In this document: positions 46,522 to 55,217 of the stretch, piece after piece
Position numbering within the stretch: position 1 is the stretch's first letter
Layout: each line of letters starts with the position of its first letter
Assembly (NCBI GenBank): GCA_016716625.1
Contig: JADJVJ010000005.1
Location: 4,237-68,236 of the forward strand
Length of the DNA: 64,000 bases
Origin: Nostocoides sp.
Lineage (GTDB): Bacteria > Actinomycetota > Actinomycetes > Actinomycetales > Dermatophilaceae
Direction: 5' to 3'
Position numbers and translations under genes: made by a program
The notes under the pieces: generated by a model
Seen by the model: the letters and a program-made list of their open reading frames with translations, nothing else
The model's database searches: none
What the model was told of the DNA's origin: nothing

Positions 46522-47890
46522 TGAGGGGCCTGCCTTCCGGGAGTCGGTATTGACGGTGGCGCTCGCGGAGGACGAGCGCGGAGACCAGGGTTGCCGGGCC
46601 GAGACGCCCGAGGAACATGAGGCCGATGATGACGAGCTGCGAGGGGACGTTCAGTTGGGCGGTGATCCCGGTGGACAGGCCGACGGTGCCGAAGGCGGAG
46701 GTCGCTTCGAAGAGGACGTCTTTCAACGGCAGCCCGTTCATGAGGATGATGAGGACGGTGGCGCCGATGATGGCGGCGATCCCGAGCAGGGCCACCGCGA
46801 TCGCCTGGCGGATCGACCGAGGGTCGATCCGGCGGTCGAAGGCGTTGACGTCGGGTTCTCCGCGGACCTCGGCCACGATCGCGAAGAGCAAGAGCAGGAA
46901 GGTCGTGACCTTCAGACCACCGGCCGTCGAGGCCGAACCGCCACCGATGAACATGAGCACGATGGTGCCGAGCAGCGTCCCGTCGTCGACCGCGCCATAA
47001 TTCCAGGCGTTGAACCCGGCGGTTCGCGGCTGGACGGCGTGGAAGAAGCCATTGAGTACCTTGTTCCCCGGGCTGAGGTCGCCCATCGTCGCGGGGTTAC
47101 CCCACTCGTTCAAGCTGAAGAAGATGGTCGCGCCAACGAGCAGGATGCCCGTCATGAGGAGGGTGAACTTGGTATGCAGGCTCCACCGGTGCGGCCGAGT
47201 GCGGCGGAGCAGTTCCATGATCACCGGGAACCCAAGCCCGCCGATGATGATCGAGAACGCGATCGGCAGCTCGATGAACGGGTCGTTGCGGAAGGAGACG
47301 ATGTTGTCGCTGAAGAGCGCGAACCCGGCGTTGTTGAAACTCGACACCGCATGGAACACCCCGAGGTATGCCGACCGCCCGAGGCTGTTGTCATACCCCA
47401 GCAGGAAGCGCAGGCCGAGCAGGAGCGCGATGGTGCCTTCTACGGCGACGGTGATCTTGAAGACCCCGAAGAGGACCGATCGAACCTCTCCCGGGCCGAC
47501 GCTCTTGGTCTCGGCGGCGGCCGTGAGCCGGGTGTTCAGGCCCATCCGCTTGGTGACGAAGAGCGCGAGCAGTGAGGCCAGGGTCATGATCCCGAAACCG
47601 CCGACCTGGATGAGCCCCAGGATGACGACCTCACCGAAGGTCGTCCAGTAGTTCGGTGTGTCCACGGTCGAGAGCCCGGTGACGCAGGTGGCGCTGGTCG
47701 CGGTGAACAGGGCGGTGATCCACGGGGCGCCCCCGGGGCCAGCCCGGGCCACCGGCAGCATGAGCAGCAGGGTGCCCACGGTGATGGCCGCCGCGAACGC
47801 CACGACGACGACCTGCGCCGGGTGCTTGAGCACGCGAGTTGGCCGCCGGGACGGCGCGATCATGTCGTGCATCCCGCTGCGGCCGCTCAC
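46514..47890 (-). CDS. trkH: TrkH/KtrB-family potassium transporter membrane subunit
   Basis: 458 aa polytopic protein with repeated pore-loop motifs (TSATCVTGLS, NNAGFALF, RTAGFN, VGLSTG). It overlaps trkA by 8 nt. The start may be the Met at 47872. Confidence 0.88.
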   Translation of the reverse strand: MSGRSGMHDMIAPSRRPTRVLKHPAQVVVVAFAAAITVGTLLLMLPVARAGPGGAPWITALFTATSATCVTGLSTVDTPNYWTTFGEVVILGLIQVGGFGIMTLASLLALFVTKRMGLNTRLTAAAETKSVGPGEVRSVLFGVFKITVAVEGTIALLLGLRFLLGYDNSLGRSAYLGVFHAVSSFNNAGFALFSDNIVSFRNDPFIELPIAFSIIIGGLGFPVIMELLRRTRPHRWSLHTKFTLLMTGILLVGATIFFSLNEWGNPATMGDLSPGNKVLNGFFHAVQPRTAGFNAWNYGAVDDGTLLGTIVLMFIGGGSASTAGGLKVTTFLLLLFAIVAEVRGEPDVNAFDRRIDPRSIRQAIAVALLGIAAIIGATVLIILMNGLPLKDVLFEATSAFGTVGLSTGITAQLNVPSQLVIIGLMFLGRLGPATLVSALVLRERHRQYRLPEGRPLIG

Positions 47891-47955
47891 GAGAGGTCAG
47901 TGTGCCAGAGCGGACCTCACCGCCCCAACCGGGCCTCATGGGTTCGGAGGTGCTG

Positions 47956-48029
47956 TGGAGCCGGCGACGAGAATCGAACTCGCGTAGCCAGTTTGGAAGA
48001 CTGGGGCTCTACCATTGAGCTACGCCGGC
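47956..48029 (-). tRNA. tRNA-Gly (anticodon UCC)
   Basis: The minus strand GCCGGCGTAGCTCAATGGTAGAGCCCCAGTCTTCCAAACTGGCTACGCGAGTTCGATTCTCGTCGCCGGCTCCA folds as a cloverleaf with anticodon loop CTTCCAA. CCA is encoded. Confidence 0.88.
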
Positions 48030-48136
48030 GAGCGGCGCGGTCGGCGGACCGCGAAGCAGGGGTTAGCCTAGTGGCCGTCCCCGCGGAGCCCAAACCCACT
48101 CCTGAACCCTTGAGTCGGTATGCCGTGGGCCGGCCA

Positions 48137-48210
48137 CGGGGTGTGGCGCAGTTTGGTAGCGCGTCCGCTTTGGGAGCGGAAGGCCGCAGGTTCAAGTCCT
48201 GTCACCCCGA
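48137..48210 (+). tRNA. tRNA-Pro (anticodon UGG)
   Basis: CGGGGTGTGGCGCAGTTTGGTAGCGCGTCCGCTTTGGGAGCGGAAGGCCGCAGGTTCAAGTCCTGTCACCCCGA folds as a cloverleaf with anticodon loop TTTGGGA. Confidence 0.88.
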
Positions 48211-48227
48211 CCGTAGAGTTACCTCTC

Positions 48228-49808
48228 GTGACCGCCCTGCTCGACAAGAGCCCCGTCCTTCTGCTCTTCGTCGTCCTGTCGGTCGGCACCGCCCTCGGAG
48301 CCATCCGCATCCGCGGCATCTCCGTGGGACCCGCGGCGGTGCTCTTCAGCGCCCTCGCCGTCTCGGCCCTGGACGCCCGGCTCGCGCTCCCCGAGGTCCT
48401 CGGCACCTTCGGGCTGGCCCTGTTCGCCTACACCGTCGGCCTCACCGCCGGACCGTCCTTCTTCTCCAGCCTGCGCCGGGGCGCCCGCCCGGTCATCGTC
48501 GTCTTCGGCGTCCTCGCCGGCCTCGGCGTGCTCACGGCCATCCTCGGCCGCATCCTCGGGCTCGACAAGGGCACCGTCGCGGGTCTCTATGCGGGGGCGA
48601 ACACGAACACCCCGGGCCTCGCGGCCGCCATCGAACGGCTCGGCGGAGCCCCCGAACCCACCGTCGCCTACTCGCTCACGTACACCGGCGGGGTGCTCGT
48701 CCTGCTGGCCGCCGCGGCATACGGGATCAGGCATGGCGGGCAGGAGGTGGCCGAGGACCTGCCCGGCTCCGAGGCGATCATCAACGCGACCATCAAGGTG
48801 ACCCGGGACAACGTCCTCTCCGTGCGGGAACTCACCGTGACCCCGCACGGCCGGGTGCTCTTCTCACGGCACCAAGTCGCCGACGGCTCGGTGGACATGT
48901 CCCGCAGCGAGACCGTGCTCCGGCCCGGCGACCGGGTCCTCGCCATCGGCCCGCGCGCCGCCGTCGAGCACATCACCAAGCAACTCGGCCGGCGCTCCAA
49001 GGTCAACCTGGACGAGGATCGCCAGGACGTCGACTTCCGGCGGATCGTGCTCTCCGAGAAGCAGTTCTATGGCCGCACCGTCGCCGAGTTGAAGCTCTGG
49101 ACGCGGTTCGGAGCTCGAGCCACCCGGGTGCGCCGCGCCGACCACGACTTCCTCGCCACCGACGGCTTCATCCTTCAGGCTGGGGACCGGATCCGAGTGG
49201 CGGCCCCCCGCGAGAAGATGTCCGCGGTCGCGCGCTACCTCGGCGACTCCGAACACGGAACCTCCGACATCAACCCCCTCGGGCTCGCCCTCGGCCTGGC
49301 CATCGGCCTGCTCTTCGGCGCGCTTCCCATCCTCATCCCGGGCCTGGGCACCCTGGTCCTCGGCAACGCGGCCGGGCCACTCATCATCGGCCTCCTCCTT
49401 GGCCGAATGCAGCGATCCGGGCGAGTGGTCTGGACCCTGCCGCACCAGGGCGCCGAGGTGCTCACCCAGCTTGGCCTGCTGCTCTTCCTCGCGTATGCCG
49501 GTGGGCGGGCGGGTTCGGCGTTCATCGACGCGCTCCGCACACCGCTGGGGTGGAAGCTCATCGTCGCCGGCCTGCTGGTGAGCGCCGTGCACGGCATCGC
49601 CCTGGTCGTCCTCGCCTCTCGGGTGCTCCGCGCCAACGGTCCACGCACGGCCGGGTTCATCGCCGGCTCACAGACCCAGCCCGCGGTGCTCGCGTTCGCG
49701 AACGCGGCGACCCGCTTCAACCCCGAGGTGGCCCTCGGCTACGCCCTGGTCTACCCGGTGGCCATGGTGACCAAGATCCTCGTCGCCCAGATCCTCACCT
49801 TCCTGTGA
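48228..49808 (+). CDS. YidE/YbjL-type (aspartate:alanine exchanger, AAE family) transporter with central RCK_C domains
   Basis: GTG 48228 lies just after tRNA-Pro; the track ORF 48120.. runs through the tRNA. It has two membrane halves flanking two TrkA-C-like segments (LRPGDRVLAIGP, LQAGDRIRVAAP). Confidence 0.75.
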   Translation: MTALLDKSPVLLLFVVLSVGTALGAIRIRGISVGPAAVLFSALAVSALDARLALPEVLGTFGLALFAYTVGLTAGPSFFSSLRRGARPVIVVFGVLAGLGVLTAILGRILGLDKGTVAGLYAGANTNTPGLAAAIERLGGAPEPTVAYSLTYTGGVLVLLAAAAYGIRHGGQEVAEDLPGSEAIINATIKVTRDNVLSVRELTVTPHGRVLFSRHQVADGSVDMSRSETVLRPGDRVLAIGPRAAVEHITKQLGRRSKVNLDEDRQDVDFRRIVLSEKQFYGRTVAELKLWTRFGARATRVRRADHDFLATDGFILQAGDRIRVAAPREKMSAVARYLGDSEHGTSDINPLGLALGLAIGLLFGALPILIPGLGTLVLGNAAGPLIIGLLLGRMQRSGRVVWTLPHQGAEVLTQLGLLLFLAYAGGRAGSAFIDALRTPLGWKLIVAGLLVSAVHGIALVVLASRVLRANGPRTAGFIAGSQTQPAVLAFANAATRFNPEVALGYALVYPVAMVTKILVAQILTFL

Positions 49809-49967
49809 GGTCGGCGACCCCGGCGGCGACCCGGCGTTCACGAGGGCCGGGGCCGACCTGCGGACTGCCGAGCCGGCCGACTGAGGTGTGTCCATAGAGC
49901 CGGTAGGCGGCCCAGGCCGGCGGGAGAGGGGGTCGTGTAACCGCTCTCGCGCCGGTACCGTCATCCC

Positions 49968-52055
49968 GTGAGCCGAACCGACGCCCAGAAGAGCCGTACG
50001 CCGTCGAAGGGCGTCGATGCCGTGGCTACCCCGCCCCTGAGCACCCCACCGCAGCACCCGATCGGACGCATCCCGGTGCTGTCGGTTTCTCCGGTCATCG
50101 ACGGTGGCCTGCGCCCGGCCAAGTGCGTCGTCGGGGAGGAGTTCGACGTCACCGCGACGGTCTTCCGCGAGGGGCACGACGCCGTCAACGCCAGCGTCGT
50201 CTTCACCGACCCCGACGGCGGGCAGAGCATGGTCACGATGACCTGCACCAACCCCGGGCTCAACGCCTGGGAGCACCCGGTCATCCTGGATCGGGAGGGG
50301 CTCTGGCACTTCCGGGTCGAAGGCTGGTCCGACCCATACGGCACGTGGCACCACGACGCGACCATCAAGGTGGCGGCCAACGTCGACACCGAGCTCATGC
50401 TCGAGGAAGGTGCCCGGCTCCTCGAGCGGGTCCTGGTCGACCCGGTCCACTCCCGCACCTCTGAGCAGCAGGCGCTACTCACCGAGGCCGTGCGTGGACT
50501 GCGCGACACCAGCCGTCCGGCGCAGGCACGGCTGGCGGCCGGTACCGACCATGCCGTGAGCGCGGAGTTGGCGGCCCGGCCGCTGCGGGAGTACGTCACC
50601 GCGAGCGCCACCTACCCGGTTCTCGTGGAACGCGAGCGGGCGCTCGCGGGCGCCTGGTACGAGATCTTCCCGCGAAGCGAGGGCGCACGATATGACGTCG
50701 GCGAGCACCGCTGGACCTCGGGCACGCTGACCACGGCGGCGCAGCGGCTCCCGGCGATCGCCGCCATGGGGTTCGACGTGGTCTACCTCACCCCGATCCA
50801 CCCCATTGGACAGGCGGCGAAGAAGGGCCCCAACAACACCCTGGAATCTCGGCCCGAGGACCCCGGTAGCCCGTACGCAATCGGCTCCCCCGACGGCGGG
50901 CACGACGCCATCCACCCCGAGCTCGGCACCTTCGAGGACTTCGACGCCTTCGTCGCCCGGGCCGCCGAGCTCGGTCTCGAGGTCGCCATGGACCTGGCCC
51001 TGCAGTGCTCCCCAGACCACCCCTGGGTGGCGGCGCACCCGGAGTGGTTCACCACCCGGGCCGACGGCACCATCGCCTACGCCGAGAACCCGCCGAAGAA
51101 GTACCAGGACATCTACCCGCTGAACTTCGACAACGACCCGGCGGGCATCTACGCCGAGGTCCGCCGGGTCATCCAGGTGTGGATCGACCACGGCGTGAAG
51201 ATCTTCCGGGTCGACAATCCGCACACCAAGCCGGTCGAGTTCTGGCAGTGGCTCATCGAGGACGTCGCCCGCACCCACCCCGAGGTCATCTGGCTGGCCG
51301 AGGCCTTCACCAAGCCGGCGATGATGCACACCCTAGGCAAGATCGGCTTCCAGCAGAGTTACACCTACTACGCGTGGCGCAACGACAAGGCCGGCCTCAC
51401 CGCGTACCTCACCGAACTGTCCGGTGAGGCGGCCTCCTACATGCGCCCCAGTTTCTGGCCGACCACGCACGACATCCTCACCCCCTACATGCAGTTCGGC
51501 GGGGTCGCGGCCTGGAAACTGCGGGCCGCACTCGCCGCGACCCTGGTCCCGACGTACGGCATCTACACCGGCTACGAGCTCATGGAGCATGTCGCCCGAC
51601 CCGGCGCCGAGGAGCAGATCGACAACGAGAAGTACGAGTTCAAGGACCGCCGCTGGGCCGACTACGAGCCCGGAGGCGCCAAAGAAGGCCAGAGCCTCGC
51701 GCCCTACCTCACCCGGCTCAACGCGATCCGTCGGGAGCATCCGAGCCTGCTCTGGCTGCGCAACATCACCTTCCACCCGGTCGACGACGACTGGGTCATG
51801 GCGTTCTCCAAGCACCGCCGCCTGGCCGACGGCTCCGAAGATCTTGTCCTCGTCGTGGCGAACCTCGACCCGCACTCCACGAGGTCCACCGTGGTCCGCT
51901 TCGACATGGCCGCCCTCGGTTTCGGGTGGGACGAGCCGATGCACGTGCGCGACCTTATGACCGGCGCGGAGTGGGCCTGGGGCAAGGAAACCTTCGTTCG
52001 GCTCGGGCCGGAGAGCGAACCAGTCCACATCGTCTCGGTGTGGAGGGCGAGGTGA
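49968..52055 (+). CDS. glgE: alpha-1,4-glucan:maltose-1-phosphate maltosyltransferase
   Basis: 695 aa: IGRIPVLSVSPVIDGGLRPAKCVVGEEFDVTATVFREGHDAV...FRVDNPHTKP... Confidence 0.93.
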   Translation: MSRTDAQKSRTPSKGVDAVATPPLSTPPQHPIGRIPVLSVSPVIDGGLRPAKCVVGEEFDVTATVFREGHDAVNASVVFTDPDGGQSMVTMTCTNPGLNAWEHPVILDREGLWHFRVEGWSDPYGTWHHDATIKVAANVDTELMLEEGARLLERVLVDPVHSRTSEQQALLTEAVRGLRDTSRPAQARLAAGTDHAVSAELAARPLREYVTASATYPVLVERERALAGAWYEIFPRSEGARYDVGEHRWTSGTLTTAAQRLPAIAAMGFDVVYLTPIHPIGQAAKKGPNNTLESRPEDPGSPYAIGSPDGGHDAIHPELGTFEDFDAFVARAAELGLEVAMDLALQCSPDHPWVAAHPEWFTTRADGTIAYAENPPKKYQDIYPLNFDNDPAGIYAEVRRVIQVWIDHGVKIFRVDNPHTKPVEFWQWLIEDVARTHPEVIWLAEAFTKPAMMHTLGKIGFQQSYTYYAWRNDKAGLTAYLTELSGEAASYMRPSFWPTTHDILTPYMQFGGVAAWKLRAALAATLVPTYGIYTGYELMEHVARPGAEEQIDNEKYEFKDRRWADYEPGGAKEGQSLAPYLTRLNAIRREHPSLLWLRNITFHPVDDDWVMAFSKHRRLADGSEDLVLVVANLDPHSTRSTVVRFDMAALGFGWDEPMHVRDLMTGAEWAWGKETFVRLGPESEPVHIVSVWRAR

Positions 52056-53791
52056 CGCATCCCGGAGCCCTCGGTCTCTCCGGTATGCCGTCCGCCCGGG
52101 CCGGCCTCGTCCACGACCCGGAGTGGTTCAAGACGGCGGTCTTCTATGAGGTCCTCGTGCGGGCCTACACCGACACCACCGGATCCGGCAGCGGGGACTT
52201 CCAGGGGCTCATCTCACGTCTGGACTACCTGCAGTGGCTCGGCGTCGACTGCTTGTGGATCCCCCCGTTCTATGCGAGCCCGCTCCGTGATGGTGGCTAC
52301 GACATCGCGGATTACACCGCGGTCCTGCCCGAGTTCGGCACCCTGGAAGACTTCCGCCAACTCGTCGCGGAGGCGCACGCGCGCGGCATACGGATCATCA
52401 CCGACTTCGTCATGAACCACACCAGTGACGCCCACCCGTGGTTCCAGGCCAGCCGGTCCGACCCGCAAGGCCCCTACGGTGACTTCTACGTGTGGTCTGA
52501 CACCGACACGACATACGACGGGGTGCGGATCATCTTCGTCGACACCGAGGTGTCGAACTGGACCTTCGACCCGGTGCGGCGGCAGTTCTTCTGGCACCGC
52601 TTCTTCGGCCACCAACCGGACCTCAACTACGAGAATCCGGCGGTCATCGAGGCCATGAAGGATGTCGTCAGGTTCTGGATGGATCTCGGCATCGACGGCT
52701 TCCGGCTCGACGCCATCCCCTACCTCATCGAGGAGGAGGGCCACAACTGCGAGAACCACCCCGGCACGCACGAGATCGTCCGGCAGATCCGCGCCATGGT
52801 GGATGCCGAATACCCGGGGCGCATCCTGCTCGCCGAAGCCAACCAGCCGCCGCAGGACGTCGTCGACTACTTCGGCACCGAGCAGGCCCCCGAATGCCAG
52901 ATGTGCTTCCACTTCCCGGTCATGCCGATGCTCTACTACAGCCTGCGCAGCGAGACCGCGGCTCCGATCATCGAGGTCCTCGCCGACACCCCGGACATCC
53001 CCGGCGGCGGGCAGTGGGGGACGTTCCTGCGCAACCACGACGAGCTCACCCTGGAGATGGTGACCCCTGAGCAGCGGGCTGCTATGTACCAGTGGTATTC
53101 CCCGGATCCCCGAATGCGGGCCAATGTCGGCATCCGCCGTCGGCTCTGGCCGCTGCTCGGCGGTGACCGGGCCGAAGTGGAGCTCATCCACGCCCTGGTC
53201 CTCTCGCTGCCCGGATCGCCGTGCCTCTACTACGGAGACGAGATCGGCATGGGCGACAACATCTGGCTCCCCGACCGCGATGCCAGCCGCACGCCCATGC
53301 AGTGGACACCCGACCGCAATGCTGGCTTCTCCACGGCCGACTCGGGCCGCCTTTACCTGCCGGTGGTCGACTCGCTCGGCTACAACCGGCATGCCGTCAA
53401 CGTCGAGAGCGCGCTGGCGCAGCCGTCCTCGTTCCTGCACTGGCTGCGCCGGATCCTTGCCGTGCGCAAGTCCCACCCCGTCTTCGGAGTCGGCGATTAC
53501 ACCCCCCTGACCGCCGACAACGAACACGTCCTGGCCTACCTGCGCACCGACCGACGGGAACGGAACCGCGAGGCCGGCAGCGCCCGCACCGTCCTCGCCG
53601 TGAGCAACCTGGCCTCCAGCGCACAGGCCGCCACGGTGACCCTGCCCGGTGAGTATGTCGGCGCGGCCGTGCGCGACCTCCTCGGGGGCGCCCCCTGGCA
53701 CCCGGTCACGCAGGCCGGGAAGGTGGTGCTCACCCTCGCCGCTCGGGGCTGGTTCTGGCTCGAGTTGGAACCCGAGGCCGACCGTGGCTGA
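52052..53791 (+). CDS. treS: maltose alpha-D-glucosyltransferase (trehalose synthase)
   Basis: GTGA overlap with glgE behind GGAGGG; ATG 52085 is an alternative start. DPEWFKTAVFYEVLVRAYTD...GIRIITDFVMNHTSDAHPWF...GFRLDAIPYL. Confidence 0.92.
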   Translation: MTHPGALGLSGMPSARAGLVHDPEWFKTAVFYEVLVRAYTDTTGSGSGDFQGLISRLDYLQWLGVDCLWIPPFYASPLRDGGYDIADYTAVLPEFGTLEDFRQLVAEAHARGIRIITDFVMNHTSDAHPWFQASRSDPQGPYGDFYVWSDTDTTYDGVRIIFVDTEVSNWTFDPVRRQFFWHRFFGHQPDLNYENPAVIEAMKDVVRFWMDLGIDGFRLDAIPYLIEEEGHNCENHPGTHEIVRQIRAMVDAEYPGRILLAEANQPPQDVVDYFGTEQAPECQMCFHFPVMPMLYYSLRSETAAPIIEVLADTPDIPGGGQWGTFLRNHDELTLEMVTPEQRAAMYQWYSPDPRMRANVGIRRRLWPLLGGDRAEVELIHALVLSLPGSPCLYYGDEIGMGDNIWLPDRDASRTPMQWTPDRNAGFSTADSGRLYLPVVDSLGYNRHAVNVESALAQPSSFLHWLRRILAVRKSHPVFGVGDYTPLTADNEHVLAYLRTDRRERNREAGSARTVLAVSNLASSAQAATVTLPGEYVGAAVRDLLGGAPWHPVTQAGKVVLTLAARGWFWLELEPEADRG

Positions 53792-55217
53792 GATCCATCG
53801 GGGCACCTGGATCCGGCCCACCAAGCTCGAACTGCTCACCGACTGGATGGGCAGCCAGCGCTGGTATGCCGCCAAGGGATCGGTGCCGCAGCTGGAGCTG
53901 CTCTCGGCGTGGCGGCTCGGCGACCCCGCGGGTGCGGTCGGCATCGAAACGCTCATCGTCTTGGACCGCGGCGGGCCGGAGCCCATCGTCTACCAGGTGC
54001 CGCTCAGCTATCGCGGCGCCCCGCTGGCGGGTGCCGACGCCGCCTTGGTCGGGAGCATGGAGCACGGCGTGCTGGGACCTCGCTGGGTCTATGACGCCAC
54101 CCACGACCCGGTCTATGCCCGTGCGCTCCTCGACCTCATCCTCGGGGTGGCCTCGGCCGAGTCCTCGTCCCAATCCGAAGCCCTCGACCCCCGCTATGTG
54201 GGGCAACGGGCCGCGACCTGGACCGAGGAAGTCACCGTGGTCGGTTCGCGGGTGCTCTCCGGCGAGCAGTCGAACACCTCGATCATCCTGGACACCGTCG
54301 ACGCTGCCGGCGCAGAGCACTCGCTCATCGTCAAGGTTTTCCGGATGCTCGCAGGTGGGGACAACCCCGATGTCGTCCTGCAGAGTGCCTTGCGGCTCGC
54401 GGGCTGTGACCGGGTGCCCGAGGTTGTCGGGTCCGTCCGCGGCTCGTGGCCGGCTCCCCCGGGTGCTGGCGTGGAGCCGACGGCATCCGGGCACCTCGCC
54501 TTCGCCCAGGAGTTCCTCCCCGGCGTTGAGGACGCCTGGCGGGTGGCCTTGCGGCTCGCCCGGGACACCGTGAGCGCCGAGGCTGGCGCGCGCAGCCTCG
54601 GTCGGGCAACCGCCGAGGTCCACCGCACGCTCGCGGCCGCGCTCGGCACCACCCCGACCAGTGCGGAGATGGTCTCCAAGATCATCGCCGGGATGCGTTC
54701 TCGGTATGCCGCTGCGGCGGCGGTCGTGCCCGAGCTCGCCGAACTCGCCGGTCCCGTAGCCACTCTCCTGGACGCCGCCCGCGAGGCGACCTGGCCCGAT
54801 CTCCAACGGATCCATGGGGACTTCCATCTCGGGCAGGTGCTCCGCTCCCCCGACCGCGGCTGGATTCTCCTCGACTTCGAGGGTGAGCCCTTGCGCCCGC
54901 TCGCCGAGCGCACCGTCCCCGACCAGTGGCTTCGGGACGTGGCCGGGATGCTCCGCAGCTTCGACTATGCCGGCGGCAGCATCGAGCATGACGGGGGTGG
55001 GTCCACCAGAGGGTGGGTGGCCGAAGCGCAGGGGAGCTTTCTTGACGGCTACGCTGAGATCGCTGCCAACCCCCGCGACTACGGCGCCGTGCTCGCGGCT
55101 TACGAGATCGACAAGGCGATGTACGAGGTCGTCTACGAGACCCGCAACCGGCCCGACTGGCTGGAGATCCCGCTCGGCGCGATCCGCCGACTGACTTCGA
55201 TGGAGGACCAGACGTGA
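53784..55217 (+). CDS. mak: maltokinase (Pep2/Mak)
   Basis: GTG 53784 overlaps the treS end. ...QRIHGDFHLGQVLRSPDRGWILLDFEGEP...RDVAGMLRSFDYA is the aminoglycoside-phosphotransferase-like kinase core. It sits between treS and glgB. Confidence 0.85.
   Translation: MAEIHRGTWIRPTKLELLTDWMGSQRWYAAKGSVPQLELLSAWRLGDPAGAVGIETLIVLDRGGPEPIVYQVPLSYRGAPLAGADAALVGSMEHGVLGPRWVYDATHDPVYARALLDLILGVASAESSSQSEALDPRYVGQRAATWTEEVTVVGSRVLSGEQSNTSIILDTVDAAGAEHSLIVKVFRMLAGGDNPDVVLQSALRLAGCDRVPEVVGSVRGSWPAPPGAGVEPTASGHLAFAQEFLPGVEDAWRVALRLARDTVSAEAGARSLGRATAEVHRTLAAALGTTPTSAEMVSKIIAGMRSRYAAAAAVVPELAELAGPVATLLDAAREATWPDLQRIHGDFHLGQVLRSPDRGWILLDFEGEPLRPLAERTVPDQWLRDVAGMLRSFDYAGGSIEHDGGGSTRGWVAEAQGSFLDGYAEIAANPRDYGAVLAAYEIDKAMYEVVYETRNRPDWLEIPLGAIRRLTSMEDQT

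Noticed and set aside
47956-48210. The divergent tRNA-Gly/tRNA-Pro pair as the boundary of an integrated element.
   Set aside because: There is no integrase or recombinase nearby, and I noticed no duplicated tRNA 3' end. The flanking genes (trkAH, transporter, glgE) are ordinary chromosomal genes.
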